Shown here: positions 40,508 to 52,704 of the stretch, piece after piece
Numbering within the stretch: position 1 is the stretch's first letter
Layout of the letters: the number at the start of each line of letters is the position of its first letter
Assembly: GCA_951406725.2 (NCBI GenBank)
Contig: OX597815.1
Span: 54,498,001 to 54,562,000 of the forward strand
DNA from: Octopus vulgaris
Taxonomy: Eukaryota
Length of the DNA: 64,000 bases
Direction: 5' to 3'
Notes under the pieces: generated by a model
The model's database searches: none
Told to the model about the DNA's origin: nothing
Seen by the model: the letters and a program-made list of their open reading frames with translations, nothing else
Translations under genes and position numbers: made by a program

Positions 40508-41169
40508 TTCTATGTCACTCACTCAAAATTCTAATAAACTAAGAGAAATACCGAGCAAACAAAAAGGCCTTCCTTTATATCGGAAATACTAGAGGACATC
40601 AAATCCAACTAACTGTCAGATTCAATGACGTAACCTTATCACGGAAACAGAAAACAAAAGTATTATGATTTGTATACAGTATCTCCACAATATTTAGAAG
40701 ATATATTGAAAACATTGTTTAGAAAGCATAACTACGCACAAACATGCTTAGAGCTGTCATAAGTCAGACATTTGGTTGACAGAAAAACAAATTTGATATA
40801 CAAACAATACTTTAGATTCTGCATAAATTTTCTAGTGCCATCTTGCCTTCTCTATACAGAAAACAACACTGTACAGCAAATTTTAGGGCCAAGAAAAAAA
40901 CATATTTCTCATGTACATTTCATTATGAAGTTGATTGTGCCAAATTCGAATTTTATAACAAAAATTTCCCATCACATCACATTTTCTTGTAAATTACTGA
41001 CTTAATAATTATGCAATCAATTTATACCAATTTCCCCGACACCATAAATTTATTTTGCTCTCAAATATATCTATTGTAATTAATTCATAAATATATAACG
41101 AATCACCATGTTTGTTAGTACTATGTAATGTATTAACTACATTTTAGTATTTACTTCTTCGTTTATAAG

Positions 41170-42275
41170 ACGTCTCAGGTGTGTCACGCTTCAGGTTTCA
41201 GCAGAAGTCAGCCAGCATAGATGGGCTACATTTTCCTTTATATCTGTTTTCCATTGACGCTATATCTTAATGTAACCTCTCCCCATGTTTATCTCCTGCA
41301 TTCTTTCTGAAGAAGGACAGATGAGAATGAAGAAAGTGTATCTTCAGTGAGATATTGCGTTCGAAATTTTGGTAGCACTTGATTAGGCTCTCCACTATAC
41401 TCTCTCGCTGGACCACTTAGTGCTTTCCCAGATTCCTTTGCATACATCTTTGAATGCATGCCAGACCGCTAGCTCAGTTTCATCCATTGTCACCTCGAAG
41501 TCCTCATCGGCTTTAAGTTGACGAATCTGAGGGCCTACGAATATGCTCTCTTAAATCTTGGCATGACTTATTTTAGGAAAGATCACCTTGAGGAACTGGT
41601 TATGTTGCAGTGCTTTGGGAAATTGCTTCATTAGGCCTAGTTTTATATGCAGTGGTGGCAAAATGATTTTCTTCTTTTTAACTAGTGGCTCGTGATTTAC
41701 ATTATGACATCCAGGCTTCATAGTTTCCCGAGGTGGTCAATCTGAGCGTATATAATGTTTTGATCTGGCCATACTGTCCCACTTGCAAAGGAAGCACATG
41801 AACTTGTTGTATCCAGTTTATAGCCCATTACGTAAGGCTACTACTTTCAAATCCGCACAAGTTAGCCACTCATGCGGTCTAGAATAAAAGCGAGATCTCT
41901 CTTAAAATGACTGAGTGAACAATTGGAACTGAAGGCATGGTGCTCTCAATGTGCAACATAACCGTCTTTATGCTGTAAAGGGATGCATCTATGAATAATC
42001 TCCACCTATTTGGCTCATAAGTCAGCTCAATGGTATTGAATAGGTCTCTGATATCATTAAAATAAGTAAAGTTGTTTTCCAAAGTATAAAATAGCTGTAG
42101 ATCAGCAGAACGCTTCTTAAGTACTGTAATTCGAGTATCTTTATCCAACAGGTTCCATTGCTGCAGATGTAAAGCCAAGACTTCCCACTGTTGCTTAGTA
42201 AGTGTTAGATCACAAACAAGCTCATTGGGGGATGAGGTGTGGTTTCTTATCAGAATTACCACGGATTTGGACACA
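41170..42275 (-). mobile_element. Degenerate CMC/Chapaev3-like transposase
   Basis: ELVCDLTLTKQQWEVLA..LQQWNLL...WRLFIDAS..SIKTVMLH...SVPIVHS, then CADLKVV..., CFLCKWDS, ILPPLHIKLGLMKQF. Contains frameshifts and stops. Confidence 0.8.
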
Positions 42276-43336
42276 TATTACTATAAAAATATTGAATGTA
42301 CTTTTATAATTTTCATAGGTTAGGTTGAAAATGCCTTAGGAATACCCCATTCAAAATCCGTTCCTAACTTTTAGAGATGTCAGTTTCGGCCCAATCCTGT
42401 TTGTGCTCAATTCTTACGGATCCATCAGTGTATTTAACGTAAGTAAGTTGTTAATTTACATGAAACTGGAGGGTCACAGAAAGAAATAGATGTTATATTC
42501 GTAATCTACACACAAAATACCCATAGAAAAGATTATTCACATTTCCGTTTTTTCTTTCATTGTTTTACAGCGGGGAGTGGGGTGAACACAGAGGTTGGCC
42601 GAACTGCTCGGTATATGTGAGCTGGAGATAAAGAGTGGGGTGAACGTGTTTTCGTATGTGTAAATATAGGCGTGCATAGACTTGTATGGGTGTATATCTT
42701 TACCCCCATAAAATACTATAGTCGCCAAATGTTTACTTCAGCGCTCGATTGCGTCTTTGTTGTTTGTCTCTTCGCACCATACTTAGTTGTCTTATTATTT
42801 TAAAACTTTATTTAATGTATATCTTTATCAACGCAATCGTAGTAACTGTTTACTTTATATTTATGTTTTATCTATGATTCTTATATACGTGTTTTCCTTA
42901 TAATTAATAACGAGTAAGTTAATTACCTATAAAGAGAATTATATTTCATTCCAAATCATTCTAAACCATGTTCTCCCTTGGTAGCAAATAATGAAAAGTA
43001 TTATAATCGAACGAATCGAAACTGAGTTTCATGAGTGAGCTACCTTTTGAAAAGACACCTGTACATCTGCATTGTATGATGTACACAGAATCTCATCCTC
43101 GAGGGACCGATGGTGGATGGATCGGAACGATCGTAGTGATTAATAAAGAATCTCATGATTTCCATTTTCTGTTCCTCTCATATGTTATATACTCGATGGA
43201 CACGAAGGAATTCCTGAAGTAAATACATTCACACTTATACTGTTGATGACATGAAGTAGTCGAAGAGAGTGAATATGCTTTGAATGGCATACTACCAAGT
43301 GTATAGCCAAATGGAAAATTATTACATATACATACA

Positions 43337-43373
<37 letters not shown>

Positions 43374-43379
43374 AAAAAA

Positions 43380-43740
43380 GACAGTATACAACTGCTTTAT
43401 CTTTCCAACACTGCTTATATCTCTCTCAGATATTTAGAAATTTAATATTCCTAATTTTTGTGATCAGTGAATTTACTTCACTGAAATTATATATGTTTAC
43501 AAGGTCTAGACAGGTATCTGCAGCCAGCTAGCAAGCCATGCTACTCCAGACTGATGACGAGCAAGACTCAGAAACATGCCTCTGGATGGGGATGCTTGCC
43601 TCCCCCTTGTAAATATAAGGACACAGAAAATGTATCAAGGCCGACAGGAAGCGTTGATGCTTCCCAGGGCTAAATAGCGGTGGTGTGATTCTCTTTATGG
43701 GACTGTCACGTTAAGTTGACAGTATACAACTGCTCTATCT
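43380..43740 (+). mobile_element. 338-bp hammerhead-containing unit bounded by 23-bp direct repeats (retrozyme/pLTR monomer)
   Basis: gacagtatacaactgct(t/c)tatct at 43380 and 43718. Hammerhead at 43545-43586: UCCAGA-CUGAUGA-c-GAG-caaga-CUC-a-GAAAC-AU-GCC-UCUGGA (GUC mutated to GCC). Confidence 0.7.
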
Positions 43741-44836
43741 ATAGTAAGATATTACAATATACTAATATATTAAAAATATATTAAATATAATATAGTTGGC
43801 CCGTTAGCAATAAGAACCTACGGGCAAGTTAATAAACAAGAATATAAAATAGTACCGGCAATTGCTAGAAATAACATTCAAAACGATTTGAAATAGCCAC
43901 TCAGAGCACTAACTACATGAATTGAAGGAAAATGTCGGAATGAGCTAAAGCGCATTTCCATGGTCAGAGAACTAAGAACATAATGATCAGAGATCGAAAT
44001 CACGTGATAGCGATATGTCTGTAAACTTTATTTTATGAGTTTATCTCACCATGGAAAGGTGCTTTAGCTCGCTCCCATGCTTTCCATCAATTCATGGGGT
44101 TATTGCTCTGTGTGGATATTTCGAATCTTTTTAATACTTATTTCTAGCAATTGCTGGTCCCTATTGTACCCCTGTTTATTAACTCGCCTTTAGGTTTAAA
44201 TTTCTAATGGGCCACCTATATTATAATATATTTCGTATATTTTAAATATATTAATATATTGTAATACTATAAACCTTGACCGTTTTGAATTTAGCTCTGG
44301 CTTTAAACATTTTTTCTCATGGGTTGTACGAGGCGAGCTACCTTTTTAAACCAGGAGTAACAGTGAGTTCCTCTGATGAGAACTAAGATCATAGTGATCA
44401 GAATTCGAAACCACGTGATAAGGATATGTCTATTTACTTCATTCTGTGACTTTATCTCACCATGGAAAGTTACTTCAGCTCGCTCCGATGCTTTCCGTCA
44501 ATTCACGATGTGAGTGTTCCGTGTGGCTATTTCGAGTCTTTTTGACACTTTTTCTAGCAATTGCCGGTACTGTTTTGTACCATTGTTCATTAACTTGCCT
44601 GTAGGTTTTAATTACTAAAGGGTCACCTATAATATATTTAATATATTTTTAATGTATTAATATATCGTAACATCATATTGTATTTATACGATGCATCTTG
44701 ACTGCTTTAAATAATATAGGGCTGGCTTTCAATGGTTTTTCTCATGGGTTGCACGAGGTGAGCTGCCCTTTTTAACCCGGTACACCTGTGACTTCCTCTG
44801 ATGAGAACTAAGATCATAATGATCAGAGATCGAAAT
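43741..44836 (+). mobile_element. Non-LTR retrozyme-like array: ~411-425-bp tandem units delimited by hammerheads, preceded by an inverted partial unit
   Basis: Hammerhead GAAA at 43996, 44407 and 44832; CTGATGA at 44373 and 44798. Consensus UCCU-CUGAUGA-GA..UC-GAAA-UCACGUGA-UA-AGGA. 43741-43964 is the reverse complement of ~44048-44270. Confidence 0.85.
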
Positions 44837-44841
44837 ATATA

Positions 44842-45060
44842 CTCTTTTACTTGTTTCAGTCATTTGACTGCGGCCATGCTGGAGCACCGCCTTTAATTGA
44901 GCAACTCGACCACGGGACTTATTCTTTTGTAAGCTCAGTACTTATTCTATCGGTCTCTTTTGCCGAACCGCTAAGTAACGGGGACATAAGCACACCAGCA
45001 TCGGTTGTCAAGCAATGCTAGGGGGACAAATACAGACACACAAACACACACACGCACATA
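44842..45060 (-). mobile_element. Family B SINE 3' half
   Basis: tactcttttacttgtttcagtcatttgactgcggccatgctggagcacc... is the reverse complement of the tail at 51900-52060. Confidence 0.8.
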
Positions 45061-45069
45061 TATATATAT

Positions 45070-45646
45070 ATAGACAAATGAATTATCTTATTACGGATAA
45101 TTCGAAAGATAACCGATACCTGGGTAGCAAACTCACAACAGAAAAAGCACGGTTGAAGTTACGACCATAGGGCATAAACTCCGTGCCTTAGTGCGGAAAT
45201 TTGAAGTTTAATTTAATATATTAAGTATAGGAAAGAATGGAGCTGAACGAAGATTTAACAAAATTCCTTTATTTTATTTTCGACATATGTTTCGAAGTTT
45301 GCAAAATCCCTAATTCCGAATGAATAAGGAGTCCATTATGCAGCTTTCTCTTCAGGAAAATCCAGGAACTTAAATCTCCAACAAAATGCACAACAAGTTT
45401 TTCGATGACTGCTCACGAGGAGCCCATAGAGATAATGATAAATAATGTCTATTTATAGGGGGTGACGCCAGATTGGTTGAAAGTAGGAGAAAATGTCAGT
45501 TAAAATAGTTCAAGGGTTCAATCAAGGTTGGAGAAGGAAGGTAAAGGAAAATTAAAGTGAGGGAATGTGTTCTGTATGACTGGTGTTTATATATGATTTA
45601 TATTATGAGTGAGTGCTCGTATGTATGAGTGTGTAAAATTGCCTTA

Positions 45647-45681
<35 letters not shown>

Positions 45682-48458
45682 TGTGAATGGGTGAATGTGT
45701 GTGTAGAAGGCAGAGAGAAAGAATTAACGGTCAGGAGGTGAAAAGACTGTGTCTGTGTGTTCGAATGTATCAACTTAAGAGGGAGAGGGCAGATGGAGCC
45801 CACAATAGTAATGACAAGAAACAAGGTTACTGCTGGAATTGGTAGTAGTTCTTAGCAATTATGAGAAAGTCTTATAAACTAAATGGATGAGATATCACAT
45901 TTTAATTTTGTAGGAAATCCAGGGGTTATCTATATTAGACTTCATTGGTATGAGTGAAAGGTATGCTTTTTCCAGTGAAGGCATCTGAAAGATCTCTCGA
46001 CAATCGAGTTTATTACTTGGCCTCGGGCAAACAGAATATGAAAGAGTTCGGAATTACAGAGGGCACAGATTTTTCTGCCCTTATCAAACGGTAAGGACAC
46101 CGATAATATTGACCATTCCAGCTTAAAAGTTGAATTTGCGTTCTTCAAACGCCAGACTAATTTGCTTAGCCCCGTGGTGTGCTGTTTACTCTTATCACGA
46201 AACGTGGAAAAATGATTTGATATCCTTGTGGCTAATATAGAAGGTTGCGCCAATATAGAGGTAGACATCGGATCCAGTAGAAATTTTGCACTGGTAAGTG
46301 GTGTTTCTAATTTTGGAGTTATTTGATAAGAACCTTAATCTATTGGGATTAGTTTCCGATACTAATACAGCGTTCTTATTTCTATGATGGTTGTAAAAAT
46401 TACTGCTGGATTCGATACTATTCAACCTATTTTCATTACTATTTAAGGCAATATCACCTGCACATTCCCTGTTTCTGGGAATGCTGTGATTGTTATTGTC
46501 CGTAAAACTACTGTTGTTAAAAACGCTGCTACTATTATTGTTGAGACCCCCTCCGTTAATGGCCAGGCCAGTGCTCTTATCCTTATTACTATTACTAACG
46601 CCAATACTGATATGAAGGCTGCTAATATCTGTGCTATTTCTATTATTATTATTATTACTATATGTTATGTTGGAATTTGACAGGGCGGTGTCTCTGCTCA
46701 TGGTAGACGAGACCTTATTTAGCAGCTTATTGTTATGGGAGGCAATTATCTGTGAGAGATTTTTAGTATTTGAGAAAGCAATCCTTACTTTGTACGAATT
46801 TATAGTGGAGAAATATCTCGAATTTCTGGGAAAATTCCTGGCAATGGCTTGGCGAAACTGTAAAGGGAGGTTAGATCCGATTTGTTTTCCAAAGGGAATC
46901 ACAAACCAGATATAGTTTTTTTCTGTTTTTGTACTGGTTCGGAGTGTTAACTCTTACATTAAGGGGGGCATCTCTGTGTTGAAGAATGGGTTTTGGCCTA
47001 CGATGGTCTCCCTTGGACCGCAACTTATTTATGTTAGTTATATTTGTGATGACATTTCTAGAGCTACCATCACTACTTATATTATTTATATTATTGTAAG
47101 TTGACTTATCCTGATGAGCAAATACTGGTTTCGGAAGGGCCTGGTCTATATATGCTACCTTTTCCCTATAACCGGCTTTTGACAGGGCGGCATTATAGAA
47201 TTCCGCTTTATGCTTAAAAATGTCGACGATGGCAGATAAATTTGATAATCGTAAAGAAATATTTTTAACTAAATTATCTGTGATAGTTTTTGCGTGGTTA
47301 GAGAAAACACTGAGATATTTTAGGTTTGTGGAAGGTTTATGGTAGGGGCAGTAAGAATTGCTATGCAGATTTAGTGTAACATCTAAGAAATTGGCCTTAG
47401 TTAGTTCGTTGTCGAAAACTATGTTCATGCCCATCCTACTAAAGAACCTAGCTAATCTATTTTTAGTTTTCTGTATCATTCTGTTCGGGGCATTCTGTAG
47501 GTAAAACAGACAATCGTCACGATATAGACCGCCGCAGATGTCCGGGAATTGGTCGGCTAATTCATAGAGAATATAGATTCCGACCAAATCGGCTATCTGG
47601 GCGCTATCTGAGCTTCCCATTGGCACATCGAACTCGTTGGGAGTATCCTTACGGACCCATAACTTATCTTCAAACTGTATAAAGGATTTTCTAGCCACTA
47701 TAATTATATTAATTTCCTCCCTTGAGAGGCCTGCCTTATTATGCGCATGCCATAGGGCCTTATTGAGTACACTAGGGTTTATCGAGGGGTAGAAATTAGC
47801 AATATCGAACTGAATGAACTTAGTTCTGTTTTTATTAGAAATGGAAGAAAACCAATTTACGACTTGCGAGGAGCTCGCCCAAAGGTTAAGCTTATGCTTA
47901 TTAACTAATCTAGGTATGTATTTGTCTAAAATGTACTTACTGATGGAACCAATGTCTGAACTAGAAGGGCATATGAGCCTTAATGCTGGATTGGTGTGAA
48001 AATTTGGTTTATGGTCCTTAACGATGAATCTAGGTTGCCTTGGGTTAAGCGGTTGTATTTTCATTTGAAGCCCATAATTTACCATAATTTCCTTAATCTC
48101 CAAATTGACTCTTCTAAGTATTCTTATTTGTAGTTCTGTAATTCTTCTGGATTTCTTTCTTGAGTAATTCTAAATACTGGTTTATAGGTAGCTTGTAAGT
48201 ATTCCTTGTTTTATCAGATTGGACAAGGATTCCGTCTGAGCTGTTTATATCCTTAGTGATTTTCCCGAGGTATCTAAGGTGTTCATTCCTAAGGGGCGAC
48301 TTCCGGAATTTAATGCTCCTTACAATGTCCCATAAGTCGTTCTCAAATTTCTTCAGTCTGGGATTAGGTGGGGGTGTCTCCCTCGACTTGAAAAGCTTCT
48401 TATATTCGGATGATGTTACGGTCCCGTTCTGTTTTAAATCCTCGTTATCATGGAAGAA
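45070..48458 (-). mobile_element. Penelope-like retroelement (Naiad-type), near-intact RT and GIY-YIG, in GPx intron 1
   Basis: 410-aa ORF 46871-48103: PRFIVKDHKPNF..LRLICP, FIQFDIANFYPSI, FDVPMGSSDSAQIADLVG, GGLYRDD, FLDV. Then an Asn-rich linker, TYQCKI...YIGAT, RISNH, CALC...RCLH. About three frameshifts. Confidence 0.93.
45276..45361 (-). ncRNA. Intact minimal type I hammerhead ribozyme (PLE pLTR)
   Basis: AUUUUC-CUGAAGA-GAAaG..UGCA/UGCA..CUUC-GAAAC-AUAU-GUC|GAAAAU. All core nucleotides are canonical. Predicted cut between 45282 and 45281. Confidence 0.85.
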
Positions 48459-48539
48459 AGCGTCTTCTGCTATAGCCCCGGGCCGACCAATGCCTTGTGA
48501 GTGGATTTGGTAGACGGAAACTGAAAGAAGCCCGTCGTA

Positions 48540-48622
<83 letters not shown>

Positions 48623-48712
48623 CAGGGCTATAGCAGAAGACACTTGTGGGACTGAACCCGGAACCATGTGGTTGGTTAGCAAGCTACTTACCACACAGCC
48701 ACTCCTGCGCCT
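48459..48712. mobile_element. Two family B SINE fragments in opposite orientations around (AT)n
   Basis: 48459-48545 (+) ccttgtgagtggatttggtagacggaaactgaaagaagcccgtcg; 48622-48712 (-) head ggcgcaggagtggctgtgtggtaag. Confidence 0.75.
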
Positions 48713-48713
48713 A

Positions 48714-48807
<94 letters not shown>

Positions 48808-49022
48808 GAATACGGGCAGAAATCGATATTAATCAATTAAAATCAGTGGCCTAGCATATTAAAAAAATCCGAAGATTAAAAGATTTTTTACATACAAAAT
48901 TTAAAGGACTGACCACTAAAAGTGGACAGTCAATATGCTAGATTTAGACGTCAAAATCGCTATTTTCCACGAAGAATGTGCTCTCAAGAAAAAACTCAGC
49001 AAACACAGTCCTTTAAATTTTG

Positions 49023-49084
<62 letters not shown>

Positions 49085-49128
49085 ATATATCTATATACAT
49101 ACATACACGCATATATGCATATAGATTC

Positions 49129-49177
<49 letters not shown>

Positions 49178-49221
49178 CATGCATACACGCATATATGCAT
49201 ATAGATTCATATATATATATG

Positions 49222-49253
<32 letters not shown>

Positions 49254-49295
49254 AATAAACAGACAGACAGACAGACAGACAGACAGATAGATAGG

Positions 49296-49374
<79 letters not shown>

Positions 49375-49872
49375 GGAAAATAATTTGGTATATAACAAGT
49401 TAGTATTTTCAAATCTTAAAATGCTGAGTTGAATACACGCAAGCACATATATAGATGCATTCAAAGGAAATGGAAAATATATGTGGAAGCAGAAAACGGA
49501 TCTCCGTTGATTTCGAAGAAAACATAAAGTAATTTAATCAGTCGCACTACTTACTCGTTGAAACAGCGTGTACCTGGCCGAGTATCCAATAGACGTAAGC
49601 ACATTTGCCATAATTCCCATGCAGAATCAGCGTGAACCAATGACATTGCTGGATCCGTAAATTGCAGATGAAACTATTGAGCGAGTTTGAGCAGATATTC
49701 CGTCTACCAGAGGTTATTCGTAGGGCCTCAGTTGACCCGAGAATGTGTTTAAAAATGTCTTGAACAAAATGCTACACGATGGGATCGAATCCTGGGCCTC
49801 CTGATTACAAAGAGAACTATTCGGCTATGCTTCATCCACGCATATCCATACATACATACATACATACATACA

Positions 49873-49906
<34 letters not shown>

Positions 49907-50319
49907 CATACACAATCATATATAACGATACATGGAACTATAAAAATCTGTAAGACCTTCTTAAGATTTGAAGAACGACGAACAAAACAAGATGCTTTCC
50001 TTCAGAACTTTGCTACCAAGTAGGCGGCCGGTCAAAACATATTCCAAATTAAAAAAGAAAGAGAACATATATTCGTATATACATATGTACTTACGTACGT
50101 ATAGACATCGTATAAATATATATGTATTTATGCATGTGCAAGTATATATAAATGTATTATGATAAAGAGTTGGGAAATAGTATAAAAATAGTTATAGAGT
50201 GGAACCTTACACTCCATAGCGTCAGTGGTATGAAAAATGTCACTACATAAACATGATTATTTCTGAACATTGAAACATTCAAAATTTCATAGCGCACGAA
50301 ACCTGTATTATTCACTTAC

Positions 50320-50518
50320 CACAAAATGTTGCGACATTGACAACGAGGACCACACTTCCTTTATATTTTGACATATTCACTTCTTCGCCATCTATATTCA
50401 TAATTATCTGTTCATGAACGTGTTTACTACCTGTACACTTTGAAACAAGTTTGCTTGGGACTTCTGGTTTTACTACTGGAAACACAAGAAGCAAAACATA
50501 TAGAAAGGCTGCCGGCAT
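50320..50518 (-). CDS. GPX: Glutathione peroxidase (GPx3/5/6-like, secreted, Cys-type), exon 1
   Basis: ATG at 50518. Hydrophobic signal-peptide-like MPAAFLYVLLLVFPVV, then KYKGSVVLVVNVATFC (GPx active-site motif, TGT=Cys). Donor G|GTAAGT, phase 1, at the conserved GPx intron position right after the Sec/Cys codon. Confidence 0.95.
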
Positions 50519-50577
50519 CGCTTAATGTTTATATTTTCTGCACTAAAGTTAATTTGCACCAGACAAAGCAACAATGA

Positions 50578-50612
50578 GAATGACAACCTAGAGAAGCTTG
50601 ATTAAATTTATA
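50578..50612 (-). promoter_or_regulatory. GPx core promoter: TATA box plus initiator
   Basis: TATAAAT starts at 50612 and an Inr-like TCATTC has its A at 50581 (31 nt spacing), 63 nt upstream of the ATG. Confidence 0.6.
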
Positions 50613-51474
50613 TGAATGTGTGTTTGTGCGCGTGCGCGCGCGTCTGTATGCCCGTGGTAAGCTTGATTAACAAATGTTTGACTTTCTTATTATAGATTTG
50701 CAGTAGAAAGTTTGGTCACAGCTGTTTGAATTACAAGAAATAGTTTAACAGATAGTTAAAATAATTAATTCTTGTTTGGCGTCAATAAACCATTACTGCT
50801 GTTTCCGTGTAACAGATGTTAAAGTTTTACACGTGTCACAAGATTTAGATCGCTTTCGTTATTTCCAGTTAGTTGTTTATTGTTGCTTTCTGTTATTATT
50901 GTCCTTTTTTTTTCTTGTTCAAATCATCGGACTACGGACATACTGCAACATTACCTTCAAGGGTTTTAATCTTTATCTCAGTATGGTACTTATTTAATCG
51001 TATCTATTAGTTAAACCACTGTTTTAAAGAACATAAATTGACACAAGAGAAACAACAAAATCGGTTTTAGAGTGGTGTAAAATACTCCAACAACTTACTT
51101 GATTCTCGTCTGGGGATTTGGGTAGCTATATAGACCGACAACAGCAATTGAGGACCAATAGTTACAGTGATGACGGTGTATAGAAGGTTTGACCTTCGAG
51201 ATTTACAATAATGTCAGACTTGTTCCTCGAGCTCTTTACACAATTCTACTAGAAACCTGCAAAACGGTAGAATTCCCAGTTTTGTGATCTGACAAGTGTT
51301 AGCACTGATGACAATGTATCAGAACAAGAGGGGTTTCACCAATAATGTTTGATGCCTAACTCTGTTGCATGCAGAGTCTAGTATATTGTCCAAGGTGTTA
51401 GTATCGGTCTCGGCACTTTGTCGTTGGCAGTTTGATCAAAAAAGGGCAAAAAGTCACAATCTTCAACAGATTCA

Positions 51475-51800
51475 GGCGCAGGCGTGACTGTGTGGTAAGA
51501 AGCTTGCTTCCCAACCACACGGTTCTGGGTTCAGTCCCACAGCGTGTCAGCTTGGGCAAATGTATCCTACTATAGCCTTGGGGCAACCAAAGCCTTATGA
51601 GTGGATTTGGTAGACGGAGACTGAAAGAAGCCCGTCATGTATATATATATCTAATGTAGGATAATGTAGAAATTTCTGTCGACCTTTTTTCGAGTAGCGT
51701 GCGTATTGTGAAAAAATTATATGGTTAATGGACAATATGTCCAATTTTTCGGCATATTTGGCATTTGAAATTTTTTCGTTTGCCCTTACTTATGAATTGC

Positions 51801-51853
<53 letters not shown>

Positions 51854-52060
51854 TAAATATGTGTGTGTGTGTACATATACATGTTTATGTGCTTGTATTT
51901 GTCTCCCCACCATCGCTTGACAACTGATGTTGGTATGTTTACGTTCCCGTAACTTAGTGGTTTGACAAAAGAGAACGATAGAATAAGCACTAGACTTTCA
52001 ACAAATAAGCCCTGGGGTCGATTGGTTCGACTAAAGGTCAAATGACTGAAACAAGTAAAT
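51475..52060 (+). mobile_element. Family B tRNA-derived SINE (with internal insertion)
   Basis: ggcgcaggcgtgactgtgtggtaagaagcttgcttcccaaccacacggttctgggttcagtcccac...gtcaaatgactgaaacaagtaaa. Confidence 0.85.
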
Positions 52061-52538
52061 GATTTATATACAACTACTTCCAATTCATGCAATATATCAC
52101 AAAGAATGTATGTAAAAAATGAGATCCTGTGAAACTGTGATCAATATGGAATTGATTGAAAGTTTTCGATTGGTTCAAGATTCGTATTTTGTAGCTTTAT
52201 TAAGGGCAATCAGTTAAGTTTCTATCAATAGAGATGAAGTAATGCAATGTTCAGCGGCATCCGATTGATGGTCAGAGCATGTAACTACCAGGCGAAACCC
52301 CTTAATGTAACGCGTTCAGTCCGACAGGGATTCATTTTCACATCATTTCTATATATATTAGCATAGCAGCTCTCTATATAGGTGTATGTTTATATGCATG
52401 CATGTTTATACGTGTGTATATGTATTATGTACGTATATGTATGTATGTATGTATTTATATATATATATGTGAATGTACTTATATGTATGTATTTATATTT
52501 ATATACATGTATACACATATATACATATATATATATAC

Positions 52539-52617
<79 letters not shown>

Positions 52618-52704
52618 GGAAAATACTGAGTTTTAAGTGACATGTCTCAATTTATTGACATTATTATTGTTGTTGTTCTTCTTCTTCTTATTATTATTAT
52701 TATT

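Noticed and set aside
43967-44836. CRISPR-like array
   Set aside because: Eukaryotic context; the 'spacers' are homologous ~400-bp units and there are no cas genes.
50312-50323. Selenocysteine codon in GPx
   Set aside because: The codon is TGT followed by G|GTAAGT. No alternative splice creates TGA, because exon 2 starts with GC.
51300-51330. CTGATGA motif upstream of GPx
   Set aside because: No downstream GAAA/UH or flanking stems; a chance 7-mer.
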